DNA of 64,000 bases. Source: Macrostomum lignano. Taxonomy: Eukaryota. A program made the translations under genes and the position numbers. The stretch covers positions 1 through 64,000 of the forward strand of contig NIVC01001491.1 in NCBI GenBank assembly GCA_002269645.1, given 5' to 3'. Shown here one piece after another: positions 21,910-34,500 of this stretch. The first letter of the stretch is position 1, and every line of letters begins with the position of its first letter. Under the pieces are notes generated by a model. The model was not told the DNA's origin. It worked only from the letters and a program-made list of their open reading frames with translations, and did no database searches.

Positions 21910-23130
21910 ATGCTTGTAGCACATCATTTGCCTACTAACCAAGTTCAAAATGATGGTAATCTCAATCATTCAAGTGGCGAGAGAGTTGAAGAGAGTGATA
22001 CAGACCTAGTTGGTAACCATGTAGATTTGCCTCAAGCTCTGACAAATGCTGCAGCTCAAGCAGAGCAATCTGAACAAGCTAGACCCAGACTTCCAATTTA
22101 TCCAAGAAGTAGTAGATTTCTCCAATCTGACTTAGAGTGGGCTCCACTTAGCCTAAATCCTAATAATCAGCAACAGTTTCAGTCCCAATTGCCAATGCCA
22201 TCTATTCCGAAACCATCTATGTTTGATGGCAAAGAAGAATTTAGTACCTTTGTAGCTAGAGTAGACAATTACATTAGCAACTTCCTAAATCAGCCAGACA
22301 TAGTAAGAATCAGGACTATGGCTGCATTTTTAGGATCTGCTTTCCTAACCTATCAGGCTTGGTTAGCCAATCAATGTGCAATGCACAACAAGCCTTCTGA
22401 TACTCCTCTTGACCAACTACCAGCTGCCACTTATTTGTCACTTTTGCAATTCTTGTCTAGCCGTCATGGTAGCCAAAAGAGCTTGACTACATTACGCCGA
22501 GAGTTGCGTACTCGAACACGTCAAGACAATGAAACTTTTGAGCAATTCTTGACTAGTTTGCAGAATTTGGCAACCAAAGCCTATCCTGAGGATGGATTTA
22601 GTCAGATTATTCAGGACCAGATTCTTGACCAGTTCATCCTAGGTGTCAATGACCCTAAGGTTACAGAGCATCTATCCAACATGCTGGAGGTTTCATCCCC
22701 AGAACAAGCTCTTAGAATTGCCCAACAACTTAGAGAGACAAGAAGACTAGTTCAAAGCCAGGGTCCTCTAGGTCAGGCCAATGCCAAGTCCAAGTCAAAC
22801 CTGATGGCTGGTAACCAGACCCAGTACTGCCAAACAGTTGGCCAGAAGGCACCTGAACCTATCCAGAAATCCAAGGTAAATCCAACCCAGAGGCATACTG
22901 GACCTCAAAGGTTTCCTCCAAATAGTGGTGCACCTGTGCCAAATCTGATGACAGTCCAGAGTCCAAACATTCACCAGGGACAGCAGTCAAACTTTCCAAC
23001 AGGCCAATCTGGCAGAGTTTGCTTCAAGTGCAGACAGCCAGGACACCTGAAGCGGAACTGCCCAAATGGCAACATGGCTGGATCAAGGGGCAGATTCCCG
23101 CCAGGACCTCATATGGCCCCACAGCTCTGA
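21910..23130 (+). CDS. gag: Gypsy Gag
   Basis: Retrotrans_gag-like RTRQDNETFEQFLTSLQNLATKAYP...ILDQFILG; CCHC knuckle CFKCRQPGHLKRNC. Confidence 0.9.
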   Translation: MLVAHHLPTNQVQNDGNLNHSSGERVEESDTDLVGNHVDLPQALTNAAAQAEQSEQARPRLPIYPRSSRFLQSDLEWAPLSLNPNNQQQFQSQLPMPSIPKPSMFDGKEEFSTFVARVDNYISNFLNQPDIVRIRTMAAFLGSAFLTYQAWLANQCAMHNKPSDTPLDQLPAATYLSLLQFLSSRHGSQKSLTTLRRELRTRTRQDNETFEQFLTSLQNLATKAYPEDGFSQIIQDQILDQFILGVNDPKVTEHLSNMLEVSSPEQALRIAQQLRETRRLVQSQGPLGQANAKSKSNLMAGNQTQYCQTVGQKAPEPIQKSKVNPTQRHTGPQRFPPNSGAPVPNLMTVQSPNIHQGQQSNFPTGQSGRVCFKCRQPGHLKRNCPNGNMAGSRGRFPPGPHMAPQL

Positions 23131-25952
23131 AAAATGTAATTGAGGAAGTCGAAGAATGTAATTTAGAACACTTTACTAGTAGGGTAGAGAGAATTAACCT
23201 TAGTTTAGATTTTGACAAAGGCATGTATGTGTCAGCTAGCGTCTTTTCTAAGAAAGTTTCTTGTCTTGTAGATACAGGTTCTAGTGTTACCATAGTTTCA
23301 AGCAGCATTATTAATCAGCCTAGATCAAATCTCACTAAAACAGATGTTCAGCTTACAGTAGCCAATGGAAACAATCTAAAGGTCTTAGGAAAGAAACTAG
23401 TCACTTTCTCGTTTGGTCAGCTTAGTTTTGTGCAGGAGGTATTTGTCTGCAGCAATGTCCAACAGAATGTGGTTATAGGCTTAGACTTTATGCAGCAATT
23501 TAACGTGTCTGTACATCCAGCACAAGGTATAATTACTTTTAATAACCTAAACAAATCAATTCCGATCAGAAAAACTTTAGAAATTCCTAAGTTCCAACTT
23601 CTTGCTGTCGCAGAGACCATATCGATTCCTCCAGGTCAAACTGTTCAATTATCGCTGAAGCCTAAAGAATCAGGTGCATCCTTGGCACCAGGTTTAATAG
23701 AGCCAAATCATCGTGTTCCAGGTCTATTAGTAGCTAGAGGTATCGATTTACTTAGAGAGGAAGGAATGCAAACCAAAGTGGTTAATGTAAACGTAGATAG
23801 AGAACTTATACTACGAGCAGGAAGTAGTATTGGAAAGTTTACTCCATTCGATCAGAAAGGTCAGGTATGCATTGTAGGAGAAAGTTTAGATTCTAGGCAG
23901 GGTGCAGCGAGCAGCGCTGGTGAAAAAGAGAGTTCATTAAAGAGTGAAAGTACCCAAGGAGGAAGTGAGGTCAAGTTTAACATTTCGAAGGATTTGTCAG
24001 CAGATGAGACTGAGGAAGTAGGAAGAGTTTTAAAAGAGTTCGAATGTGTCTTTGCTTCAGATGGTAACTTAGGTAGAACAGATTTGCTAAAGCACAAGAT
24101 AGATACCGGAGGTGCATTGCCTGTCAAAGAGACATTAAGACGCACGAATTTGCTGACGATTAATGAGAGAAATTACTGTGTCACTAGAAGAGAGCTGCTA
24201 GCAGTTGTAGAATCTTGCAAAAAGTTTAAGTCATATCTTGCAGGTCATAAATTCCAAGTTAGAGTTGACCACGCTGCCTTAACTCACCTGCTAGGCTTTA
24301 AAGAGCCAACCGGTCAGCTAGCAAGGTGGCTGGAAGCGTTGCAAGAGTTTGATCTTGAAGTGGTCCATCGTCCAGGTAGAACGCATGCCAATGCAGATGC
24401 ACTTTCGCGTTGTCCAAGATTTTGTGAAGCGTGTCGTCCGGAGACGCCAGGCAGGACAGATGCAGAATGTCAGACGGATAGCGTAGGTACAGAGCAGGTA
24501 GAGTGTAATGCAGTAGGTGCGACTAGAAGGAAACAGCAGCTTGAGGCACGCGCATCTGATGGTGAAGAGTCCGACACCGAAGGTGATGGTAGTGAAGCTG
24601 AGACGGAGGAAGATGGAGAATCGATGAGAGCATTACAGTTAAAGGATGGTGGTATTGGTCCAGTATTTCGAAAGCTAGCGAGAGGTGAGACTGTTCTAAT
24701 GGAAGACGAAAAGGCCAAAATGTCACCAGAAAGTCTTGTTTTGATGAGTAAGGTTGATGATTTGTGCTTCGTGAATGGTATTATGCATCGATTAGTTAAA
24801 ACAAAACCAGTTCTAGTTTTGCCGTTTAAAAGACGACGTGAGGTGATCGAGGAAATTCATGCCCAAGGTCATTTTGGTGTAGCTAAGACGGCAGAAGCAA
24901 TAAAGCAGCGCTTCTACTGGCCGAAGATGATGGATGATGTGAACCTGTGTGTAAGGGAGTGTATTCAGTGCCAGCGGGCGAAGCTAACGTCAGCTGCCAA
25001 AGCCCCACTCCGGCCAATGTCATCAGGATTTCCGATGCAGAGAGTGGCCATCGATGTCGTTAAAATTGCCACGTCCTGTCACGGCAACGACCGATTATTG
25101 ACAATCATCGATTATTTTAGTAAATGGGTCGAACTCGTACCATTACCCGATGAGAAGGCTACAACGATTGCGAACGCACTGTTTACGCACTGGATCAGTC
25201 GGTATGGTGCGCCGCACGTTTTACATTCGGATCGAGGGCAGAGCATTGACGGCAAGATCATTAGAAACCTGTGTAAGGACTTCGAAATTCAGAAAACTCG
25301 AACGACAGCATTCCATCCGCAATGTGACGGCCTGGTGGAGCGTTTCCATCGCACTCTCCATGGCGTGCTGAGATGTTATCTTCAGAAAGTTGAACCCGAA
25401 GACTGGGAAGACGTCATTCCGCACTGCCTGATGGCCTACCGAAGCTCTGTTAGCGCATCGACTGGTTTTACGCCGCACTTCGTTCTGACTGGTCGTGAAA
25501 TGGTGTTGCCGATCGATTTAGTTTATAGAGAGCCGGAGCCTGCCCTGACACCTGCTTCGTTCGCTCAGGACACGAAAGAGCGGTTGATTGAGGCGTACGA
25601 ATCGATCAGGAAGACCACCAAGGCCGTTCAGCGAATTCAAAAGAAATTTTACGATCGTAAAGTGAAGAAAACTAAGTTTGCTGAGAATGCGTTGGTATGG
25701 ATATTTACGCCGCCACTGGCGCTCAGACAGCGTGACTCCAGATGGTCACATAAACACCACGCACCCTGGTCAGGACCTTACCGGGTGGTGCGAAGGACCT
25801 CGCCAGTGAATTATGAAGTAGTGAAGCTTTCGCGTCATGGTGAAGACCGAGGTCAGAAGAAAATTGTGCACGTGGGCGCAATGAAGTTGGTGGTGCAGCC
25901 TGCAACTCGGCTGCCAGGTCTTTGGCAAGATGAGGTTGAAGCTGATGAATGA
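23019..25952 (+). CDS. pol: Gypsy Pol in the -1 frame: protease, RT deleted, partial RNase H, integrase
   Basis: Protease LVDTGS. KHKIDTGGALPVKETLRRT is joined directly to LLTINERNYCVTRRELLAVV (no YxDD). Integrase HHCC zinc finger and D,D,E motifs (AIDVV, HSDRG, GLVERFH). Confidence 0.92.
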   Translation: MLQVQTARTPEAELPKWQHGWIKGQIPARTSYGPTALKNVIEEVEECNLEHFTSRVERINLSLDFDKGMYVSASVFSKKVSCLVDTGSSVTIVSSSIINQPRSNLTKTDVQLTVANGNNLKVLGKKLVTFSFGQLSFVQEVFVCSNVQQNVVIGLDFMQQFNVSVHPAQGIITFNNLNKSIPIRKTLEIPKFQLLAVAETISIPPGQTVQLSLKPKESGASLAPGLIEPNHRVPGLLVARGIDLLREEGMQTKVVNVNVDRELILRAGSSIGKFTPFDQKGQVCIVGESLDSRQGAASSAGEKESSLKSESTQGGSEVKFNISKDLSADETEEVGRVLKEFECVFASDGNLGRTDLLKHKIDTGGALPVKETLRRTNLLTINERNYCVTRRELLAVVESCKKFKSYLAGHKFQVRVDHAALTHLLGFKEPTGQLARWLEALQEFDLEVVHRPGRTHANADALSRCPRFCEACRPETPGRTDAECQTDSVGTEQVECNAVGATRRKQQLEARASDGEESDTEGDGSEAETEEDGESMRALQLKDGGIGPVFRKLARGETVLMEDEKAKMSPESLVLMSKVDDLCFVNGIMHRLVKTKPVLVLPFKRRREVIEEIHAQGHFGVAKTAEAIKQRFYWPKMMDDVNLCVRECIQCQRAKLTSAAKAPLRPMSSGFPMQRVAIDVVKIATSCHGNDRLLTIIDYFSKWVELVPLPDEKATTIANALFTHWISRYGAPHVLHSDRGQSIDGKIIRNLCKDFEIQKTRTTAFHPQCDGLVERFHRTLHGVLRCYLQKVEPEDWEDVIPHCLMAYRSSVSASTGFTPHFVLTGREMVLPIDLVYREPEPALTPASFAQDTKERLIEAYESIRKTTKAVQRIQKKFYDRKVKKTKFAENALVWIFTPPLALRQRDSRWSHKHHAPWSGPYRVVRRTSPVNYEVVKLSRHGEDRGQKKIVHVGAMKLVVQPATRLPGLWQDEVEADE

Positions 25953-26332
25953 GTGTCGTAAAGTCGTCCAAAAGAAGAGCCACTTAAAACAATCATAACA
26001 ACTAATAGCATTTAGAAATATTGTCAGTTAGGGTTTTTTAGGTTAAGGATTATCTAGTCAATTAGGTCGGATTTATATGTATTAATGTCCCATTGCTAAT
26101 AATTAACCTAGTTTCGTTCCAGGTTCGAACTTCGTTGCTTGATTTCTTATTAACTCGTTTCAAATACTGCATGATTAGTGTTTGATTATTGACTGAGCGT
26201 TGCTGCGTAGATTTTCTCTGGTTTTATCACCTCAAACAAATACCATTTTCGATAGCGTTGCTCATGTTCGTGTTGTCGTCTAGTTAAATATATTCGTTTG
26301 AAATATTTTAACCCCAATCAATGCATTGTTTT

Positions 26333-28333
26333 GATGGGTTTCGACCTTCGGGCTCCTTGTTAGGGAAGCCTTCGAGCCTCAGGCTCAGAAATAAATCAAT
26401 TAGAGACCTGGCCCCCCACTCCTGTCAGATGGTCAGCCCCATGGTAGCTTGATCGTGTGGCGAGCAGTCTAGGTCCTATAGCTAAGAGAGGGACAGCGAG
26501 AGACGAGCAGGGAGAATTTTGAAAGTAGAAATTAGCTAATCCGCAGATCAACTAACTTGCTGCCACCAGCCCGTGCGCCCTGGCTCACCACACCGGGACT
26601 CTCGAAATCGGGCTTCCGACTAGAAGGGGCTTTGCACTTACCTGCCAACTAGTGTCTTTTTGCTGTCAATCTCGAAGTCATAGCCGATGATAAGGGACAC
26701 TGCTGGGACTAGATCGCGTTGGCCATGCAGGTACAGAGGGGACTTGTGCAGGGGATTCTTGCGGTGGCGAGTCTATGGGGTAGCTACATGTACTATTACA
26801 TTGCTAAATACGAAGATATGTACTTTTAGCCTTCAACGCGCCAACTAGCCTCTCATAGCGCTGATGATAGGCTAACTCGAACTTCAGAGACCGCATGATT
26901 CATTTACCCGAGCCGCTTGGCTACCCTAGAGTGCACAAAGTACATCTCTGGCGCCGATTCTGCACTTTTGGCAGTTTTGCTCACTGATTTGTTAGATTGG
27001 TCGACTGAGAACTGCCTTGCCATTGGTCCACTGTGACCGGCGCCTACTAGCTTAGCTACTCATCTGAGCCATCCGGCGAACAAAGAAATAAAGCCGATAA
27101 AGATAACTGTTAGATTTAACCTTCTCCTTAGTTCACTTCACACTTTAGATTGAATTGGAGTCTTAGACTACTGGCAGTATTATTGAATGATTCCTGCCTC
27201 AGCAACAGCACTACTGAACAAAATGAGCAAAAGTGTGCGCCTAATTCAGCTACTGCAACAGGGGACAGAAAAGGGATCACCCAATCAAGCAAGTCTAGGT
27301 AGCCTCTCACCCAACCAATCAGAAACTCAACAGCCGGAGACCAGGTATTCCACAGTGACCGAATCGGCTCGATGCTCTGCAGCTGTAGACTCGGGATGAT
27401 GCTGTCACAATCTTCGCTGTTAGCTAGCAGGTGATGCTCTTAACTGGATGTTCGCTGCTGTCGACCGGGGACTCGTCCTTGATGATGATGGGGGAAGTTG
27501 CAATCCGGGGATCAAGAAACGACGGTCGTGCTCCGGGAACCAGAAGTTGCGCGCTGGGCCCGAGCCAAAGTAAGAAGAAGTAGTTGCGTCCGAGCGGGCC
27601 AAAAACTCCGGTTTAAATAGCCGCCAACTGGACCGCAGTTTGTTATAACGGAACACGTCGATTCTGATTGGCTGAGCCGTTTTGTTAAAATGAGCGCCGA
27701 ATTTTCTGATTGGCTAAGCTCGTTGCTACCCAGAATCACGTGACCGAGAGATCCTATCAGTTCCCACAGGGTCGTAAAAAGATGACAGGTGCGGCCATAA
27801 ATCACTCAAAATCGCAACAAAATGATTTATGACTTTTCGCGTAGGATTGACAGAAATTAATGAAAAAATATACATTAGAAAGCTCTTATTAAATAGAAAG
27901 TGAAGATAATGAAGAGAAATCGCTAATCGCTAATCCCAAGGTACTTTTAGGGGTACAACGCATAGCTGTCAAAGCTGTCACACGCTTGAGCGAATCCGAA
28001 CAATAGGCTCTGACCTCATAAATCTTGATGGCCTGTCAAAATGATGAGAAAAAAAAGCTACCGCCCGCATCCTCTCAGACCATCTGGCGCCCGCTTCAAC
28101 ACTGAGTGAGGCGCAGGTGGCTGTCAGATCAGCTTCGAAAGCGATGATTTATGACCCAAAAAGCTGCGCCTATGTTATTATGACTACTAGTATGGCCAGA
28201 CATTATATCTAGTATAGATTCTATGAAAATTCGCAGAAAAAGGATAAAAATGCCCACTGCCCACTGTTAGTAGGCAAGTAAGTTTAGAGCCCATGTGCTA
28301 GCGCGGGATTTGGGAAAAAGTGCGTCCTCATCA
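26333..28333 (-). mobile_element. 2.0-kb solo LTR (TGATG...CATCA family) inserted in the Gypsy 3' region
   Basis: Homologous in reverse orientation to 51499-53513. Termini TGATGAGG / CCCATCA. Flanks GTTTT / GTTTC, consistent with a 4-5-bp TSD. Confidence 0.85.
27610..27720 (-). promoter_or_regulatory. LTR U3 promoter: CCAAT boxes + TATA-like box
   Basis: The minus strand has two CCAATCAG then CTATTTAAA; the same layout occurs in the 52-kb LTR copy. Confidence 0.6.
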
Positions 28334-30778
28334 GTTTCTCTTTTCCAATATCTGTCGCGCGTTGTCCTTTCGTTCATAAAACCTATTATTGTTCGATTTT
28401 GTGCTAAGGTCATAAAATGTTCTCGTGCTGTGTCATTTATTTTTTCAATATGATCGTAAATGTCGTTCGTAAATCTCGATTTTGTTCAGTTGACAATTGA
28501 TTTCGTTTACTATTTTCGTTATATGTAATTTACAGACTTGTATGTATTGTAGTAAAGTTTAGAGTACTCGTTCATGTTAGATGTACTTCTTAATGTATGC
28601 ACCGTTACATTTAAAGCATTTCCTTTGGTTGTGTTGCGGAGGTGAGCTGCTACCGCAGGTGCATGTGCAGGAGTCGCAAGTCTGTGTTCTCCCTGTCACG
28701 TTTCCCTGTTGGTTTGCTCCGCGGTTTGAAGCTTCGTTGTCTCAATGTTTCCCCGCCATTTCTTGGTTGTGGTGTACAACTTATGAGCGCATTTGATTCG
28801 CTTTCTGTGCTGGTGTGTCGCAGTTGCATTTTTCCAAGCGCATATTTTTGTGTTTGTCTTTGGGTTAGGAATGTGCTGTTGACATTGTTGCTGTTCCGTA
28901 GTCTGTTGTCTTTTTCCCATTATACGAGTATCCGTAACATTTCCCTATCATGCGGTTAATGTATGCTCTTACTGTATTGCAGTAGTCCAATGAGGACATT
29001 GGCTTATTTTTCGCAAGGAGGGCATTTGTAATGAAATTATAAATCGATTTTAAATATTGATTATTGCAATTGTAATAATATAATTCGTACGTTATTTTGT
29101 TAATCTTTAATTTATACGAAATATATTTAAATTAGAAAGAGCGTCGCGCTGGGACGGTTGACGGGCAACTTGGATTTGGACTACTGGGTCGTGGGTTAGC
29201 GTAGCTTAGCATCCTTGAGATAACAGATTTCATTTGCACCGTATTTTCAGTATTAGAGTCTCAGCCTTAGGTTCTTCCAATTACACTTCATTAGGTCTTT
29301 GTCATTATTTTCATTCCAACTATCTCCCAGTGAGTAGCCACCACACCACAGTTACAGTCAGTTGTCCCAGTGCTCGCTCAGGGTATTAATTAATTGTTGA
29401 ACTACTTAACTCAAATTACTCAATTGCTATAGCCTATATTTGTTATTGACTTTTATTATTTTTTTTGGAAAAATAATTTGCGACCCCCCAATTTCTAACT
29501 CTATATCCTAATACAGCAATATGCACGCGAGCCCAGTCAATTAGGAAAAATTCAAAATAGACCCAACGAAACAACTTTCTTTACAAACTTATAGTTTAAA
29601 ATCTTTGATCCAACGACTAGCTAGTTTAAAAAAATATGCTTAATCACGCCTCTCGTATATTAAGACAATTTGCATAGCAATGATCTATGCTTTTATAATA
29701 ATTTTTTATTAGTTATTAATACATAGAAAGAATAGGTTTTATATTTCAGAAGCTTTTGGCAATAATTAATCCGGCATGATTAAAAAAAACCACAGTTTGC
29801 CTGATTTGACTCAACGCACAGGGGATGAAAGAGGACGGCACATAGGGCTAGGAAAGACAGTGTACCAAGGGTGGGACAGAATTATACGCTCATCTCGATT
29901 TCTTTAAATGCACTACCCTAGAATAGCGAATATGCGGCATCTTTGCATTGTTGAAGCCTTGGCTGGTTTTGTTTCAAGCTAGATACAATTGTTGAATGAA
30001 TATTATTTTATTAAATAGATAATATCCAAGGACTACAAGCTTAAGTAGAACCAACACGAGTCCTCGTAGGAAAATATCCTACAGACATAAAAATCTTCTC
30101 AGGATCGGGGACATTTTTGAACAGAATGAGTGGATGGAGTGGATGCATGTATATTGATCAGTGACTTATTCGATCAATGCTCAAGTTCGTGCTCATGTTG
30201 GAACTTTGGCCGCTCACCGATCAGCTCTGCACAAGGCGCTCCTGCTGCTGAATCAGTTCATTAGGTACACCTGCTGCTCAGGATGAGGATCAGCAGACTC
30301 CGGTGCATTGGGCAAGGATCAAATGCTGCTGGAGGCCAACTACTGAGGTTCATTTTTAGCTGCTGTGGAAGTACATGTAAATTTTTGCCTTTCATTGACG
30401 TTTTTGTGCGACATATTTCTAGACTCAATTGAAGTCGACGATTTTGATTGCATGAAATTCTGCAGATACAGACTTCCCCAGAATGCATCAAATCTTTTGA
30501 GTAAGTTTACATGTAATAGCAACCATTAAAAAGCTTTTAGAAGCTACGAGCGTACATTTAAGCAGATAAAAAAGAAACTAACCGCGTTAGATTAGCAAAA
30601 CTATGAAATTTGTTAGATTTTTTCTTACTAGTTGATAATGGCACAGCACGGAAATTCCATTAAAAGCTAGCTGTCAATCATTTTTGTCTTAAAATGCCAC
30701 TGCCTTGTGTATTTACTCGTACCTGACAATTTCTAATATCTACTAGAATATACGAGACATAAAAAGGGGGCATACTTG

Positions 30779-31203
30779 GATCTGGGATCTAGGATCTGGG
30801 ATCTAGGATCTGGGATCTAGGATCTGGGATCTAGGATCTGGGATCTAGGATCTGGGATCTAGGATCTGGGATCTAGGATCTGGGATCTAGGATCTGGGAT
30901 CTAGGATCTGGGATCTAGGATCTGGGATCTAGGATCTGGGATCTAGGATCTGGGATCTAGGATCTGGGATCTAGGATCTGGGATCTAGGATCTGGGATCT
31001 AGGATCTGGGATCTAGGATCTGGGATCTAGGATCTGGGATCTAGGATCTGGGATCTAGGATCTGGGATCTAGGATCTGGGATCTAGGATCTGGGATCTAG
31101 GATCTGGGATCTAGGATCTGGGATCTAGGATCTGGGATCTAGGATCTGGGATCTAGGATCTGGGATCTAGGATCTGGGATCTAGGATCTGGGATCTAGGA
31201 TCT
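30779..31203. repeat. 14-bp tandem repeat (GGATCTGGGATCTA)n, ~30 near-perfect copies
   Basis: Alternating GGATCTG/GGATCTA heptamers. Confidence 0.97.
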
Positions 31204-31355
31204 ATGATTCTATCGCCTGAATACAGTAGCTTTCTTATTGGTAAACTGTAAAAATAAATAAATAATGCTTTCAAATTGTTTATAACTCAGAACTACACCT
31301 AAGTGCTCGCCATGATGCATGCCTCCGAGCATCCAACCTTTACAGTGCATCGAGA

Positions 31356-32009
31356 ATGCGCCAAGTCTTCATTCTATCGCTGCTAATCTCTGTAGCCCTG
31401 TGCACAGCAACAAAACTCTCCTATATTGAAAGACACCAAAGCGCCGTGGCCCCAGCTGCATCGAAGGTCCTCAGAAGCCGAAACTCTCGGAGCTGCGCCA
31501 TGGAATGCGCCCTGGCAGCTGACTGCTTCGGGTTCAGCTGGCTGGAGGGCCTGTGCCGACTCTTCAGTTGGTCTGCCTTCGTCAGTCAGCCCTGGCAGAG
31601 CTCCCGACTGTGCGATGTTTACATCAGAAAGATTGAAAGACTGCAGTTTGTTGGCTGTGAGCAGAGCTCGTACTCAAGTAACTGCGGCCGCGCTATTGAC
31701 GGAAACAGGAACCAGAGTTTCTCCGGTATTTCCTGCACTCAAACCACCAATAACCTGCCCGAATTGTGGGAGGGCCAGCTCGCTGCCCCATCGCTGATCA
31801 GCTACGTCACCATCTACAACAGGCAGGGCTGCTGCCCTGAGCGGCTCAACAAGTTCTCCTTGCAGGTGGACGGAGTTGAGTGCAACCAGGTAAACTTGGC
31901 TGCGCCTTTCTCCGTTGCCAACTTCACCTGCAACGCCTTTGGCAGTAAAATTCGCGTGGTCAACCAGCACGACTATCTCACCATCTGCGAGTTCGAGGCC
32001 TACTACTGA
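31356..32009 (+). CDS. Secreted PAN/apple + F-type lectin (fucolectin/F5-8C) protein, 217 aa
   Basis: Signal peptide MRQVFILSLLISVALC; PAN-like CAMECALAADCFGFSWLEGLCRL; FTP-like AIDGN..SCTQT..W..QL..ISYVTIYNRQGCCPERL..C. Confidence 0.88.
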   Translation: MRQVFILSLLISVALCTATKLSYIERHQSAVAPAASKVLRSRNSRSCAMECALAADCFGFSWLEGLCRLFSWSAFVSQPWQSSRLCDVYIRKIERLQFVGCEQSSYSSNCGRAIDGNRNQSFSGISCTQTTNNLPELWEGQLAAPSLISYVTIYNRQGCCPERLNKFSLQVDGVECNQVNLAAPFSVANFTCNAFGSKIRVVNQHDYLTICEFEAYY

Positions 32010-32289
32010 GATTTGACAAACTTGGCATGCAACAACTCATGATGTGAAGAGCAATTCAAGATTAAACTGTGCTAGTCAAAACTGCCAAAGAACTCATTTT
32101 ACTCAACTTGAAAGCAAAATTGTAATGCTTTTATCGATCTGAAGTAAATTACACAAATATATAAACTTTGGCAAACGAAAAAAATATATTCTGCATTCTC
32201 AAAATATTCGAATCTTGCTTAGACCGTCTTTGTTTAATTAAATACTTCTACATGTAGAAAAGTGAAAGCCTTGTGAACGATGTACTCGT

Positions 32290-33464
32290 AGTCTGCAGAA
32301 AGTCTGCTGTAAGATATCCACAGAGAGTCTCCATTGACCTGATGGAACCACCAAAAGACAGTGTTCGCTTTTACATCTTTATGCGCTTGCAACTTGGCTG
32401 CAGAGCAACGGAGATTCATACCGATCTGGTGAATGTTTTAGCTGACTCTGCTCCATCATTTGACACGGTTGCCCGCTGGCTGCGCCATTTCTCGGGAGGC
32501 CGGGACAGTTTTAACGATAAACCGAGGTCTGGCCGACCCCGGACATCCGTGACCGAAGATGTCGTGGCCCGTGTCGATGCAATAATTCGTGAGGATTGGA
32601 GCATTACGCTGAGATTCCTTGCCTATGAGCTTGGTGTCAGCTATGGAAGTGCTCATAAAATCATGCATGAGCAACTGGGCCGCACAAAGACCTGCGCTCG
32701 GTGGGTACCCCATTTTCTCACCCCGGAGCAGCAAGCAGAGAGGGTGCGCATCTGTCGCTTGTGGGTGCAAATGTTTGAGCCCCACGGCCCACAACGACTG
32801 TCGGATGTCATCACAGGAGACGAATGTTGGATCCCCTTCTTTACCATGAAGGATAAGCAGTCCAGCATGATCTGGCTGGCAGAAGATGAGCCAAGGCCTG
32901 AGGTGCTGAAGACCGGATCCGCAGTCAGAAGCGGATGTTCACCATTTTTTCAACTCTCAGGGTGCTGTATTGGTGAACATCCTTCCAGCGGGTGCCGCAG
33001 TGACTGTCAGGTTCTACACAGACACTGTTCTGCCAGGCGTGCTGCAGGAGCGGCAGGAACGTGCGTGAACCAGGCATGGACCTCGACTCCTGCTGCACCA
33101 TGACAATGCGGCACCGCACAGAGCGGCCTCAACCATGGCGTGCCTGGAGAAGCAGGGGGTCCGGCTGCTGCCCCATCCACCCTACTCTCCAGACCTAGCA
33201 CCAGGCTGTTCCCGAGGATCAAATCCGTCATTTGTGGGAGGCCATTTTCACGCATTCAAAACCTTGCCCAAGTGGTACATTCAGCTCTACAGGGTGTACC
33301 AACTTCGGAGTACCATGACTGCTTTCAGACGTAGTCCAGACGCATGCGAAGGTGCATAGATGGTGGCGGAAAGTTCTTTGAGGGAATGTGACACTGATTA
33401 GGCGCCTCGACTGCTGTAACACTGAGTTGTGAGGTGACTTGCAGAACTTTTTGATCACCCCTCG
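32290..33464 (+). mobile_element. Defective mariner (Tc1/mariner, DD34D) copy 1
   Basis: HTH, WVPHFL, TGDECW, HDNAAPH and PYSPDLAP motifs; right TIR ACTTTTTGATCACCCCTCG; frameshifts and a deletion after YSPDLAP; left TIR not found. Confidence 0.92.
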
Positions 33465-33674
33465 AGGATCCTGTGTGAGCGTGTGCATGAGTGCGTACCT
33501 GCGTACAGTATTGGCGCGCTTGCATGTGCTCAGGTTATGGGACGCGATGTCACCGAAGGGTGCTCAGCAACCTTTACAAAATTATTAATTCTGTTAAACT
33601 TTGGTCTCGTAAAAGTCAAAACAACAATCAGATCTCGATCTACCTGCTAGTGACATTAGAATGTTGATGTTTAC

Positions 33675-34500
<826 letters not shown>

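Larger units (their letters stand above)
21518..29285 (+). mobile_element. Ty3/Gypsy LTR retrotransposon with an in-frame RT deletion and a nested solo LTR
   Basis: LTRs 21518-~21770 and 29027-29285 (TGTAAT...ATTACA), ~7 differences between them. Purine tract AAGGAGGG before the 3' LTR. gag and pol ORFs. The 5' LTR lacks its last ~13 bp and the PBS. No matching TSD. Confidence 0.93.

Noticed and set aside
26860-26900. CTGATGA..GAAC as a second hammerhead
   Set aside because: It has GAAC instead of GAAA and no supporting stems.
18103-28333. Apparent ~95-bp TIR pair (TGATGAGGACGCAC...GTGCGTCCTCATCA) suggesting a 10-kb DNA transposon
   Set aside because: Both are 5' ends of one LTR family in opposite orientations. 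The 28333 end belongs to a 2-kb solo LTR with its own TSD, and the pair would cross the boundary of the TSD-defined foldback element.
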